A stretch of 64,000 nucleotides of DNA from Candidatus Eiseniibacteriota bacterium (lineage in GTDB: Bacteria; Eisenbacteria; RBG-16-71-46). This document shows, piece after piece, positions 9,199 to 19,085 of the stretch; positions within the stretch are counted from its first letter, which is position 1; the number at the start of each line of letters is the position of its first letter. Made by a program: the position numbers and the translations under genes. The stretch lies in contig JBGAML010000007.1 in NCBI GenBank assembly GCA_044223005.1, positions 96,001 to 160,000 on the forward strand, read 5' to 3'. The notes under the pieces are model-generated. The model worked only from the letters and a program-made list of their open reading frames with translations. It was not told the DNA's origin and did no database searches.

Positions 9199-10539
9199 TC
9201 AGCGACCGTTGATCGCGAGGTGGACCGCGATGCTCGCGACGAAACCCGCCGCGACCGCCCACGCCCAGCGCAGGTGGCTCGTGAAAGTGTACGTGCCGCG
9301 CGCCTGCCCCATCAGCGCGACTCCCGCCGCGCTCCCGATGGACAGCAGGGACCCGCCCACGCCGGCCGTGAGCGTGACCAGCAGCCACTGGGCGTGGGAC
9401 ATCTCTGGATGCATGGTCAGGACGGCGTACATGACGGGGATGTTGTCGATCACGGCCGAAAGCAGTCCGACGAGGACGTTCGCGGTCGTCGGACCCAGGT
9501 GCGAGTAGAGCGCGCCCGAGAGCAGGGCGAGGTAGCCGAGCAGGCCGAGACCGCCGACGCACAGCATCACGCCGTAGAAGAACATGAGCGTGTCCCACTC
9601 GACGCGCTGCAGGATGCGATAGATGTCGAAATGCGCGTCGGCACCGTCGTCGACCGCCATCTCGGCCAGCACTTCCTCGCTCGACGCCGGCTCCCGGCCG
9701 CCGCGCGACCGTTCGAACGCGTGGCTGTAGAGCTTGAGCGCTCCGAGCCCCGTCATCATCCCCAGGACGGGAGGAAGATGCGTCGACTGGTGGAGCAGGA
9801 CGGTGCCGAAGATCGTGCCCAGGAAAAGCACGACGACGCCGGCCGCTCCCGGGCGCATCCGGACGCTGCCGCGCTCGGCCGTGGGCCGGCCCGCGGGCAC
9901 GGCCGCGGTGAGGATCACGGCGGGCACGAGCCAGTTGGCCAGTGCGGGCAGGAGCAGCGCGCCGAACTCCCCGAAAGCCACGTGCCCCTTCTGCCAGACC
10001 ATGAGGGTGGTGATGTCCCCGAACGGGCTGAACGCGCCGCCCGCATTGGCGGCGACCACGATGTTGATGCACGCGGGCACCTGGAAGCGCGGATCCCGGC
10101 CCCCCACGGAGAGCACGACCGCTCCCATCACGAGCGCCGTGGTCAGGTTGTCCGCGATGGGCGAAAGCAGGAACGCGAACGTTCCGGTCGTCCAGAAGAG
10201 CGCCCGCAGCGAGAGATCCCGCCGGACCAGCCACGCCCGCAGTGCCGCGAACACGCGCCGGTCCTCCAGCGTGTTCACGAACGTGATCGCGGACAGCAGG
10301 AAGAAGAACAACTCGGCGAACTCGAGCAGGCTGTGGCGCAACGCCTCCGTCATCGCCTCGGTGTCGCCGGCGGCCGAGAAGGAGATCCCGACCAGCGTCC
10401 AGATCAAGCCGGCGGCCAGCATGACCGGAACGGACTTGCGCAGGTGGAGCTTGTCCTCGAGCGCGACGAGGAGGTAGGCGATCGCGAAGATCCCCAGGCT
10501 GGCGGGGCCAACCCAGGCGTTGGGAAGCGGCATCGGCAT
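9199..10539 (-). CDS. nhaD: NhaD-type Na+(Li+)/H+ antiporter
   Basis: LRKSVP, SPIADNLTTAL, AANAGGAFSPFGDITT, DNIPVM, GGSLLSIGSAAGVALMG. Confidence 0.9.
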   Translation of the reverse strand: MPMPLPNAWVGPASLGIFAIAYLLVALEDKLHLRKSVPVMLAAGLIWTLVGISFSAAGDTEAMTEALRHSLLEFAELFFFLLSAITFVNTLEDRRVFAALRAWLVRRDLSLRALFWTTGTFAFLLSPIADNLTTALVMGAVVLSVGGRDPRFQVPACINIVVAANAGGAFSPFGDITTLMVWQKGHVAFGEFGALLLPALANWLVPAVILTAAVPAGRPTAERGSVRMRPGAAGVVVLFLGTIFGTVLLHQSTHLPPVLGMMTGLGALKLYSHAFERSRGGREPASSEEVLAEMAVDDGADAHFDIYRILQRVEWDTLMFFYGVMLCVGGLGLLGYLALLSGALYSHLGPTTANVLVGLLSAVIDNIPVMYAVLTMHPEMSHAQWLLVTLTAGVGGSLLSIGSAAGVALMGQARGTYTFTSHLRWAWAVAAGFVASIAVHLAINGR

Positions 10540-10604
10540 CGACCTCGGTTCGGGGTGGGGCTCGCCCTGCGAGGGGCGCCGCGAGGAGGAAGGCCGGGCG
10601 GGCA

Positions 10605-10644
10605 CGAGGCCCGCACCTCCTCCACGAGCGCGGAGGGCGTACCC
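10605..10644 (-). promoter_or_regulatory. Candidate cation-sensing riboswitch (nhaA-I-like) in the nhaD leader
   Basis: GGGTAC - hairpin CCTCCGC/GTGGAGG - AGGTGCGGGCC; competing pairing partner CTTCCTCC downstream. Confidence 0.4.
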
Positions 10645-10689
10645 GCACGTTATCCCGCTCCCCGCCCGCCCGGCCAGCAAAACCGCCCC

Positions 10690-11136
10690 TTGTGCTCGGA
10701 GGATTGCAGGTGGCGCGGGAACTGCGACTCCAGCCCGGCATGCGCAGAGCGGTGACGCCGGACCGACGTGTCCTGTTCGGCCGCTATCCCAAGGCCGAAC
10801 GCAGGTTGTCTCCCAGGGGCGATACCGGGACTCGATCCGTCCCGCCGACCCGCGCCGTCACGACCGTTGGCGGTGTGGCGACGGCGCGTACGATTTCGTC
10901 CACTCACGCCTCGAACCGCGACGGACTCCGCAAGCGCACGGCACCCGATTTCGAGCGACTCCGGCCGCCGACGGCGCCCGGGGATCCGCGGCTCGCTGGA
11001 CCCGATCACGAAAATACCCCCGGCAGGGAGGGCTTCCGCCCAAGCAGTGACGACAGCTCCCGGTAGCCTGGAATTCGCGCAAGGGCCCGCAGCAGAAGGG
11101 CATGAGCCCCGCCGACCTGCATTCTTCCGAGCACAA
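10690..11136. repeat. 447-bp non-coding element bounded by 22-bp inverted repeats
   Basis: TTGTGCTCGGAGGATTGCAGGT (10690-10711) versus reverse complement of 11115-11136, TTGTGCTCGGAAGAATGCAGGT; 20/22 identical. Confidence 0.75.
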
Positions 11137-11144
11137 CCAGCGGC

Positions 11145-11173
11145 TTGCCACGCCGGTGCCGCTTCGGTAGCTT
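11145..11173 (+). promoter_or_regulatory. sigma70-type promoter of sucCD
   Basis: TTGCCA-17bp-TAGCTT. Confidence 0.6.
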
Positions 11174-11257
11174 CCGGCGCTCAGTGTGTCCACTCCACTC
11201 CATGCTGGCCCGGGGCTGCCCAAGCCGTTCGCGCCCGGCCGCGATACGGGAGATTTC

Positions 11258-12397
11258 ATGAACCTCCACGAATACCAGGGCAAGGAGTTGTTCGCCCGGT
11301 ACGGCCTGCCGGTGCTTCCCGGACAGGTGGCCGCGACGCCGGACGAGGCGCGCGACGTCGCCGCCCAGCTCGGCGGGCTCGTGGTCATCAAGGCCCAGGT
11401 GCAGGTGGGCGGCCGCGGCAAGGCGGGCGGCGTCAAGCTCGCGCACACGCCCGACGAGGCCTGGGAGAAGGCGCGCGACATCCTCGCGCTGACGATCAAG
11501 GGGCTCCCGGTGCGCAAGGTGCTCGTGGCGCAGGCCGCGGACATCGCGAAGGAGTACTACCTCTCGATCGTGATGGACCGCGAAAAGAAGGCGCCGCTCA
11601 TCATGCTCTCCGCCGAGGGCGGTGTGGACATCGAGGAAGTGGCGCGCGTCGCGCCCGAGAAGATCCTCAAGCAGCACATCCCGCTCGAAGGCCTGCGTCC
11701 GTACGCGGCCCGCGCGCTGATGATGCAGGTGTTCAAGGACTTCGCGCAGGCGCAGCAGGCGGCGGCGATCCTGCTCAAGCTCTACAACGTCTTCATGGAC
11801 GGCGACTGCTCGCTCGCCGAGATCAACCCCCTGGCCGTGACGCCCGAAGGCAAGGTGATCGCCCTGGACGCCAAGGTCGTGCTCGACGACAACGCCGACT
11901 ACCGCCACAAAGACTGGGAGCACTGGCGCGATCCGGCCGACGAGTCGTCGTGGTCGCGACTGGCCCGGGAGAAGGGCCTGTCGTACGTCAAGCTCGACGG
12001 TGACATCGGCTGCGTCGTCAACGGCGCCGGGCTCGCGATGGCGACCATGGACCTCATCAAGCACTACGGCGGCGAGCCGGCCAACTTCCTCGACATCGGC
12101 GGTTCATCCAACCCCGAGAAGGTCACCGCCGCGCTCAAGATCATCACGGGCGACGGCCACGTGCGCGCGATCCTGTTCAACATCTTCGGCGGCATCACGC
12201 GCTGCGACGACGTCGCCAACGGCATCGTCGCCTCGCTCAAGGAGTCGCCGCTCCCGGTGCCGCTGGTCATCCGGCTCACCGGCACCAACGAGGAGAAGGC
12301 GCGCCAGATCCTCTCGGACTACGGCCTTGGCGCCACCACCAGCATGGACGAAGCCGTGCGCATGGTGATCGCCCGCGCGCAGGAGGTGAACGCGTGA
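11258..12397 (+). CDS. sucC: Succinyl-CoA synthetase beta subunit
   Basis: [40 protein letters not shown]. Confidence 0.97.
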   Translation: MNLHEYQGKELFARYGLPVLPGQVAATPDEARDVAAQLGGLVVIKAQVQVGGRGKAGGVKLAHTPDEAWEKARDILALTIKGLPVRKVLVAQAADIAKEYYLSIVMDREKKAPLIMLSAEGGVDIEEVARVAPEKILKQHIPLEGLRPYAARALMMQVFKDFAQAQQAAAILLKLYNVFMDGDCSLAEINPLAVTPEGKVIALDAKVVLDDNADYRHKDWEHWRDPADESSWSRLAREKGLSYVKLDGDIGCVVNGAGLAMATMDLIKHYGGEPANFLDIGGSSNPEKVTAALKIITGDGHVRAILFNIFGGITRCDDVANGIVASLKESPLPVPLVIRLTGTNEEKARQILSDYGLGATTSMDEAVRMVIARAQEVNA

Positions 12398-13455
12398 GCG
12401 TCCTGATCGACAAGAACACGCGCCTGGTCGTGCAGGGCATCACGGGCCGCGACGGCGCCTTCCACACGCAGCAGATGATCGCCTACGGCACCAAGGTCGT
12501 CGCCGGCGTCACGCCCGGCAAGGGCGGCACCGAGATGCACGGCGTGCCGGTGTTCGACACGGTGGCCGAGGCGGTCGAGAAGACGAAGGCCAACACCTCG
12601 GTGATCTACGTCCCCGCGGCGTTCGCGGCCGACGCGATCCACGAGGCGGCCGACGCCGGCATCTCGCTGATCGTCTGCATCACCGAAGGCGTGCCGGTGC
12701 GCGACACGCTCGCGGCGTGGCACAAGGTCATGGCGATGCGCGGCGAGGGCAACCCGCTCGGCCGCCCGCGTCTCGTCGGCCCCAACTGCCCCGGGCTCAT
12801 CACGCCGGGCCAGGCCAAGGTCGGCATCCTGCCGGGCCACATCGTGACCCCGGGCCCGATCGGCGTCGTCTCCAAGAGCGGCACGCTCACCTACGAGGTC
12901 GTGAAGCAGCTCACCGACCGCGGCCTCGGCCAGACGACGTGCATCGGTATCGGCGGCGATCCCGTGATCGGCACCGACTTCATCGACGCCCTCTCGCTCT
13001 TCGAGGCGGATCCGAAGACCGAGGCGATCGTGCTGATGGGCGAGATCGGCGGCAACGCCGAGGAGCAGGCCGCGCAGTTCATCAAGCGCCACGTGACCAA
13101 GCCCGTCGTCGCGTTCGTCGCGGGCCAGACCGCGCCTCCGGGCAAGCGGATGGGGCACGCGGGCGCGATCATCTCCGGCGGCACGGGCACGGCGGCGGAG
13201 AAGATGGCGGCGTTCGAGGCGGCCGGCGTGCCGGTCGCGCGTATCCCGTCGGAGATCCCGGGCCTGATCTCGGAACTGCTGCAGCGCCGGCGCGCGCGCA
13301 AGAAGAACGGCGCGGCGAAATCGGCGAAGAAGGCCACGAAGAAGCCGGCGCCGAAGGCGAAGCCCGGCAAGAAGCCGGTCCCCTCGAAGCGCTCGGGGGC
13401 GTCCCGCAAGGCGGCGCGTCCCGCATCCCGAAAGAAGACCGCGCGCCGCAAGTAG
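12394..13455 (+). CDS. sucD: Succinyl-CoA synthetase alpha subunit with Lys/Ala-rich C-terminal tail
   Basis: [28 protein letters not shown]. Confidence 0.97.
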   Translation: MSVLIDKNTRLVVQGITGRDGAFHTQQMIAYGTKVVAGVTPGKGGTEMHGVPVFDTVAEAVEKTKANTSVIYVPAAFAADAIHEAADAGISLIVCITEGVPVRDTLAAWHKVMAMRGEGNPLGRPRLVGPNCPGLITPGQAKVGILPGHIVTPGPIGVVSKSGTLTYEVVKQLTDRGLGQTTCIGIGGDPVIGTDFIDALSLFEADPKTEAIVLMGEIGGNAEEQAAQFIKRHVTKPVVAFVAGQTAPPGKRMGHAGAIISGGTGTAAEKMAAFEAAGVPVARIPSEIPGLISELLQRRRARKKNGAAKSAKKATKKPAPKAKPGKKPVPSKRSGASRKAARPASRKKTARRK

Positions 13456-13521
13456 GCGCGAGACCATTCCACCGAAGCAGCGCGGAGCGGCCCGCAGGCC
13501 GGCGTCCGCAGGAGGTTTCAC

Positions 13522-13944
13522 GTGGCGCTGGAACGTACCCTGTTCATCGTCAAGCCCGATGCGACCGAGCGGCACCTCATCGGCAAGATCCTCGCGCACG
13601 TCGAGGACAAGGGGTTCTCGATCGTCGAGGCCCGGCTCGCGCGGCTGACGCGTGAGCAGTGCCAGGAGTTCTACGCCGAGCACAACGGCAAGCCGTTCTT
13701 CAACGACCTGGTCGATTTCATGACCTCGGCGCCGGTCATGCTCTGCTGCCTCGAGCGCGAGAACGCCGTGACCACCCTGCGCGAGGTGATCGGCGCGACC
13801 GACCCGGCCCAGGCGGCCGAGGGCACCGTGCGCAAGCTGTACGCGAAGTCCAAGGGCGCGAACTCGGTGCACGCCTCCGACAGCCTCCCGAGCGCCGAGC
13901 GCGAGGTGAAGCTGTTCTTCGGCGTCGCGGCCCTGGCGCACTGA
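13522..13944 (+). CDS. ndk: Nucleoside diphosphate kinase
   Basis: ERTLFIVKPDA, NSVHASDS. Confidence 0.97.
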   Translation: MALERTLFIVKPDATERHLIGKILAHVEDKGFSIVEARLARLTREQCQEFYAEHNGKPFFNDLVDFMTSAPVMLCCLERENAVTTLREVIGATDPAQAAEGTVRKLYAKSKGANSVHASDSLPSAEREVKLFFGVAALAH

Positions 13945-13966
13945 CCGGCCGGACCAGCAGAGCTTC

Positions 13967-13995
13967 GGGCGGCCGTCCCCACGGGGCGGCCGCCC
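13967..13995. terminator. GC-rich hairpin after ndk
   Basis: GGGCGGCCGTCCC / GGGCGGCCGCCC inverted repeat followed by AGTTGTT. Confidence 0.55.
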
Positions 13996-14160
13996 AGTTG
14001 TTGAAATGCTCGTAAAGGATTGTGAAAACGTCGCTTGGTTCGTATGGGCCGGGGCCAGTCCCGGACCCGACGGAAGCGCCGTCCATCTGGACTCAATCCC
14101 CGCAACTATGCTAGTTTCCGCGCGTTTGGAGGGTCGGCCCGACGGCCGACTCGTTCCTTA

Positions 14161-14631
14161 ATGACCGACTTCATTCTCGACCTCGCGACCCTGAAGCCCA
14201 CGCTGAACCGGGTGGAGGTCGAAACACCGGCTCATGACGTCGGGCTTCCCGACGCCGAGTGGCCCGGATCCGTCCGGGCGTCGCTCCGCGTCGAGAAGTC
14301 CGGGTCACGAGTCACGGTGCGCGGCACGGTGACTTCGGCGGCCCGGCTGGAATGCGTGCGATGCCTGCGCGAGTTCGACCAGGCGCTGACGGCCGACCTG
14401 ACCGTGTTCGCCGAGCAGAGTGGCAGCGCGCGTCGCGACGAGCAGGAACAGCTCGAGCGTGACGATTACATGTTGTTTCACGATGGGCGGCGGCTGGACC
14501 TGCGCGAAACCGTGCGGGAGTCGTTGCTGCTCGAGTTACCCATCTCTCCCCATTGCCGGGAGGATTGTCCGGGGCTGTGCCCGAAGTGTGGCGCCGACCT
14601 CGACGCAGGGCCGTGCGGCTGCACGGCCTGA
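14161..14631 (+). CDS. yceD: DUF177 / YceD family protein
   Basis: CVRCL and CREDCPGLCPKCG..CGC motifs; sits just before rpmF. Confidence 0.9.
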   Translation: MTDFILDLATLKPTLNRVEVETPAHDVGLPDAEWPGSVRASLRVEKSGSRVTVRGTVTSAARLECVRCLREFDQALTADLTVFAEQSGSARRDEQEQLERDDYMLFHDGRRLDLRETVRESLLLELPISPHCREDCPGLCPKCGADLDAGPCGCTA

Positions 14632-14674
14632 CGTCACGGTCCGGGCAGGGCTCCGATCCAGGAGGACAGGCATC

Positions 14675-14857
14675 ATGGCGGTTCCGAAGCGGCGGCACTC
14701 GTCCACGCGCGGCAAGAAGCGGCGCACCGGCTGGAAGCTGAAGACGTACGCGACGAACGTCTGCAGCCACTGCGGTGCCCCGCGGCTGCCGCACCGGATC
14801 TGCCCGAGCTGCGGCTACTACCAGGGCGAAGAGATCGTCACGCCTCGCGAGCAGTAG
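14675..14857 (+). CDS. rpmF: 50S ribosomal protein L32
   Basis: MAVPKRRHS...CSHCG...HRICPSCGYY; GGAGG RBS. Confidence 0.97.
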   Translation: MAVPKRRHSSTRGKKRRTGWKLKTYATNVCSHCGAPRLPHRICPSCGYYQGEEIVTPREQ

Positions 14858-14874
14858 GCGCGAGCGACCCGATC

Positions 14875-15897
14875 ATGTCCCAGATCCCGCGCATCGGGAT
14901 TGATGCGATGGGAGGCGACTTCGGCCCGGTTCCCGTGGCCGAAGGTGCCGCGGCCGCGCTGCGCGAGAGTCCCGGGCGCTTCCAGCTGACGCTGGTGGGC
15001 GACGAGGCCGAGATTCGCGCGGCGCTCCGGCGCGCGCACGCCGATTCGCTGCCGATCGACGTCGTCCATGCCGCCGAGAAGGTGGACATGGGCGCCAAGG
15101 CGGCGGCGGCCGCGCGCCGTTCCGGCACCTCGCTCGGCGTGCTCACGCAGCTCCACAAGGAGCGCAAGCTCGATGCGATCTTCAGCGCCGGCAACACGGG
15201 TGCCGTCGTCGCGTCGGCGCTGCTCGGCCTGGGCCGCATCGAGGGCGTCGCTCGCCCGGCGCTGGCCGCGCTCTTCCCGAACGTCGGCGCCGGCACCGTC
15301 GCCCTGGACGTCGGCGCGAACGCCGAGGTGAAGCCGCAGTACATCGTCCAGTTCGCCCACATGGGCTCGTGCTACGCGCGCTACCTGCTCGGCCGCGAGA
15401 ATCCCCGCGTCGGGCTGCTGTCGATCGGTGAAGAGGACAGCAAGGGCAACCAGCTCGTGCAGGAAACCCTGCCGCTGCTGCGCGCCGCCAAGCATCTGAA
15501 CTTCATCGGCAACGTCGAGGGACGTGACCTGTTCAAGGGCACGTGCGACGTGATCGTGACCGATGGTTTCACCGGCAACGTGCTGCTCAAGACGGCCGAG
15601 AGCGCCGCGAGTTTCCTCGCGAGCGAGGTGCGCAGCCAGGTCAAGCGCGACCCGCTGGCCATGGTGGGGGCGGTGCTCATGAGCGGCGCGCTCGGGCGGC
15701 TCAAGCGCCGGCTGGACTGGGAGGAATACGGCGGCGTTCCGCTGCTGGGCGTCAATGGAGTGTGCTTCATCGGCCACGGGGCCAGCCGGGCGCGCGCGTT
15801 CCACAGCGCGATCCGCACGCTGACCGCGTTCGTCGAGAAGCGGGTCAACGAACACATCCGCGAGGAGATCCAAGCCGACCATGTCACCGCGGCCTGA
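14875..15897 (+). CDS. plsX: Phosphate acyltransferase PlsX
   Basis: IDAMGGDFGP, SAGNTGA, DGFTGN. Confidence 0.96.
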   Translation: MSQIPRIGIDAMGGDFGPVPVAEGAAAALRESPGRFQLTLVGDEAEIRAALRRAHADSLPIDVVHAAEKVDMGAKAAAAARRSGTSLGVLTQLHKERKLDAIFSAGNTGAVVASALLGLGRIEGVARPALAALFPNVGAGTVALDVGANAEVKPQYIVQFAHMGSCYARYLLGRENPRVGLLSIGEEDSKGNQLVQETLPLLRAAKHLNFIGNVEGRDLFKGTCDVIVTDGFTGNVLLKTAESAASFLASEVRSQVKRDPLAMVGAVLMSGALGRLKRRLDWEEYGGVPLLGVNGVCFIGHGASRARAFHSAIRTLTAFVEKRVNEHIREEIQADHVTAA

Positions 15898-15901
15898 CGC
15901 C

Positions 15902-16948
15902 ATGCGCGGCACCACCATCACGGGGACCGGCCACTACGTGCCGGAGCGCGTGCTCTCCAACCACGACCTCGAGAAGCTGGTGGACACCTCCGACCAGTGG
16001 ATCGTGGAGCGCACCGGCATCCGCGAGCGGCGCATCGCCGCGGCGGACCAGTCGTCGTCGGACCTCGCCGTCGAAGCCTGCCGGCGCGCGCTCGAGATGG
16101 CGAAGGTGGACGCGAAGGACGTCGACCAGCTGATCCTCGCGACCACGACGCCGGATCGCATCCTGCCGTCGTGCGCGTGCACGGTGCAGCGCAAGCTCGG
16201 GCTGCCGCGCGCCGCGTGCTACGACATGTTCGCCGCCTGCACGGGCTTCGTGTTCGGCGTCGGCATGGCGCGCGGGCTCGTGAGCGGCCGCATGGCCGAC
16301 ACCGTGCTCGTGGTGGGCGTCGAGACGCTCTCGCGCATCGTCGACTACACCGACCGCAACACCTGCGTGCTGTTCGGCGACGGCGCCGGAGCGGCCGTGT
16401 TCCAGGCCTGCGCGCCCGGCGAGGGCGTGCACGCGGTGGACATGCACAGCGACGGCGACCTCGGCGAGGTGCTCGAGGTGCCGGCCGGCATCTCCACGAA
16501 TCGCGCCAGCGCCGAGACGATCGCCGCGGGCGATCACTTCATCCGCATGCAGGGCAAGAAGCTCTTCCCGTTCGCGGTGCGCAGCATGGAGGAGTCCACG
16601 CGCATCTGCTGCGAGCGCGCCGAGTGGAACCCCGCGGACGTCGACCTGTTCATCCCGCACCAGGCGAACCTGCGCATCATCGAGGGCGTTCGCGAGCGGC
16701 TCGGCCTGCCCGAGGACAAGGTCTACGTGAACATCGACCGGCTCGGAAACACGTCGTCGGCGTCGATCCCGATCGCGCTCGACGAGTGTGTGCGCGCGGG
16801 CCGCGTGAAGAAGGGCGACAAGCTCGCGTTCGCCGCGTTCGGCGGCGGCGCGACGTGGGGCGCCACCACCATGACCTGGACGCTGCCCGCGTACCTCGAA
16901 GGTTCGCTGGCCGGGGCGACGGGCGCGACGCGCGGGGCCAACGCGTGA
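15902..16948 (+). CDS. fabH: 3-oxoacyl-ACP synthase III
   Basis: AACTGF, FGDGAGA, PHQAN, GNTSSAS. Confidence 0.96.
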   Translation: MRGTTITGTGHYVPERVLSNHDLEKLVDTSDQWIVERTGIRERRIAAADQSSSDLAVEACRRALEMAKVDAKDVDQLILATTTPDRILPSCACTVQRKLGLPRAACYDMFAACTGFVFGVGMARGLVSGRMADTVLVVGVETLSRIVDYTDRNTCVLFGDGAGAAVFQACAPGEGVHAVDMHSDGDLGEVLEVPAGISTNRASAETIAAGDHFIRMQGKKLFPFAVRSMEESTRICCERAEWNPADVDLFIPHQANLRIIEGVRERLGLPEDKVYVNIDRLGNTSSASIPIALDECVRAGRVKKGDKLAFAAFGGGATWGATTMTWTLPAYLEGSLAGATGATRGANA

Positions 16949-17895
16949 AGCTCGCCTTCCTGTTCCCGGGCCAGGGCGCGCAGGGCGTCGGCATGGGCCG
17001 CGCCCTCGCCGAGGCGCACCCCGCGGCGCGCGAGACGTTCGCCACGGCGGACCGCGTGCTCGGCTACGCGCTGAGCGAGCTGTGCTGGAACGGTCCCGCC
17101 GAGGACCTGAAGAAGAGCGTGCACACCCAGCCCGCACTGCTGACGCACAGCGTCGCGGCGTGGCGGCTGGTCGACGCCGCGGGCTTCGCGCCCGCGTACG
17201 TCGCGGGACATTCGCTGGGCGAGTACTCGGCCTGCGTCGCCGCGGGCGCGCTGTCGTTCGAGGACGCGCTCGTGCTGACGCGCCGGCGCGGCGAGCTCAT
17301 GTACCAGGCCGGTCTCGACCGTCCGGGGGCCATGGCGGCGATCCTCGGCCTCTCGGCCGCGGACGTCGAAGCCGCGTGCGCCGAGGCGGCCAGCGCGGGC
17401 GTCGTGCGCGCGGCGAACCTCAACGCGCCGGGACAGGTGGTCGTGAGCGGTGAGCCGGCCGCGGTGGACGCGGCGTGCGCGGCGGCCAAGGCGCGCGGCG
17501 CCAAGCGCGCGATCAAGCTGGAAGTGAGTGGTGCATTCCACTCGCCGCTGATGGGCTCGGCCGCGAAGGGCCTCGCCGAGGCGCTCGCGCAGGCGTCGTT
17601 CCGCGACGCGCGCTGCCCCATCGTCTCCAACGCCTGGGCGCGTCCCGTGCAGCGCGCGGACGAGATCCGCGCCGCGCTCGAGGAGCAGCTCCTGGCGTCG
17701 GTGCGCTGGGAGGAATCCATGAACGCGCTGGTCGGGCTCGGCGTCGAAGGCTTCGTCGAGCTGGGTTCGGGCAAGGTGCTGCGGGGGCTGCTGCGCACGA
17801 TCCACTCGGCGTCGCCGAGCTGGAACGTCGAGGACCCCGAGAGCCTGCAGGCGACGCTGTCGGCACTGGCGCCGGCGGCAGGGAGGAGCGCATGA
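16945..17895 (+). CDS. fabD: Malonyl-CoA:ACP transacylase
   Basis: [23 protein letters not shown] start overlaps the fabH stop. Confidence 0.96.
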   Translation: MKLAFLFPGQGAQGVGMGRALAEAHPAARETFATADRVLGYALSELCWNGPAEDLKKSVHTQPALLTHSVAAWRLVDAAGFAPAYVAGHSLGEYSACVAAGALSFEDALVLTRRRGELMYQAGLDRPGAMAAILGLSAADVEAACAEAASAGVVRAANLNAPGQVVVSGEPAAVDAACAAAKARGAKRAIKLEVSGAFHSPLMGSAAKGLAEALAQASFRDARCPIVSNAWARPVQRADEIRAALEEQLLASVRWEESMNALVGLGVEGFVELGSGKVLRGLLRTIHSASPSWNVEDPESLQATLSALAPAAGRSA

Positions 17896-18674
17896 GCGAG
17901 ACGCAGGCGATGCCGGACGTCGCGGTGACGCGCGACCTTGCCGGACAGGTGGCGTTCGTGACCGGTGGCGCGACGGGCATTGGACTCGCGGTGTCACGAC
18001 GCCTGGCCGCCGCGGGCGCGACGGTCGCGATCTTCAACCGCAACGCCGAGCGCGCGGAGGCCGCCGTGGCCGCGATCCGCGGCGCGGGTGGCGCGGCGCA
18101 CGCGTTCGCGGCGGACATCGCGAGCGCGGAATCGGTGGACGCGGCGTTCGACGCGGCCACGAAGCAGTTGCAGCGCGTGGACGTGCTCGTGAACAACGCC
18201 GGCCTCACGCGGGACGGGCTGTTCGTGCGCATGAGCGATGCGCAGTGGGACGAGGTGCTGGGCACGAACCTCGGCGGCGCGTTCCGCTGCTGCCGCGCCG
18301 TCGCGCGCGGCATGATGAAGGCGCGCTACGGCCGGATCGTGAACATCTCGTCGGTGGTCGGCCTGATGGGCAACGCCGGCCAGGTGAACTACGCGGCCTC
18401 CAAGGCCGGGCTGCTCGGGCTCACCAAGTCGCTCGCGCGCGAGCTCGCGTCGCGGAACGTGACCGTGAACACGGTGTGCCCGGGCTTCATCGAGACGGAC
18501 ATGACCGCGAACCTGCCCGAAGCGGCGCGCGCGGAACTGATGGCGAAGATCCCGCTGGGCCGGCTCGGCACGCCGGAGGACGTCGCGGAAGTCGTGGCGT
18601 TCCTCGCGTCGCCGCGCGCCGGCTACGTCACCGGCCAGACCTGGACGGTGGACGGCGGCATGGTGATGGAGTAG
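17892..18674 (+). CDS. fabG: 3-oxoacyl-ACP reductase
   Basis: [17 protein letters not shown]. Confidence 0.95.
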   Translation: MSETQAMPDVAVTRDLAGQVAFVTGGATGIGLAVSRRLAAAGATVAIFNRNAERAEAAVAAIRGAGGAAHAFAADIASAESVDAAFDAATKQLQRVDVLVNNAGLTRDGLFVRMSDAQWDEVLGTNLGGAFRCCRAVARGMMKARYGRIVNISSVVGLMGNAGQVNYAASKAGLLGLTKSLARELASRNVTVNTVCPGFIETDMTANLPEAARAELMAKIPLGRLGTPEDVAEVVAFLASPRAGYVTGQTWTVDGGMVME

Positions 18675-18724
18675 CAGACCCAGGACGGATCCTCGCGGAT
18701 CCGCGGAAGGAGGAGGTGAACCGC

Positions 18725-18967
18725 ATGGCAGCGTTCAATGAAGACAAGGTCAAGGAGATCATCGCGAAGGAACTCGAAGTGGACGCGAAGCAGCTCGTCC
18801 CCGAGGCCAAGTTCATCGAGGACCTCGGCGCCGACTCGCTCGACATCGTCGAGCTGGTGATGGCGCTCGAGGAGGAGTTCGGGGTCGACATCCCCGACGA
18901 GGACGCCGACAAGCTCAAGACGGTCGGTGACGCGATGAAGTACCTCCAGGAGCACGCGAGCGCCTGA
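18725..18967 (+). CDS. acpP: Acyl carrier protein
   Basis: [12 protein letters not shown]. Confidence 0.97.
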   Translation: MAAFNEDKVKEIIAKELEVDAKQLVPEAKFIEDLGADSLDIVELVMALEEEFGVDIPDEDADKLKTVGDAMKYLQEHASA

Positions 18968-19085
18968 TCGGCGCGAGCGAAAGGACACCGGGCCGGGTCC
19001 CGGGTCCGCGACGCGCGTCCGAGTGTCGAGGCGCACGGCGCGGTCCCAGCGGACCGGCCCGGAACGCAGGGAGAAGGACAACGAG

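Noticed and set aside
11021..11114. Possible tRNA, SRP RNA or tmRNA
   Set aside because: No TTCRA T-loop, D-loop GG, CCA end or SRP GGAAGGAAGCAG motif; kept only as an unknown structure
10690..11136. Retron msr-msd or autonomous IS interpretation
   Set aside because: No reverse transcriptase, transposase or recombinase in the window and no clear target-site duplication
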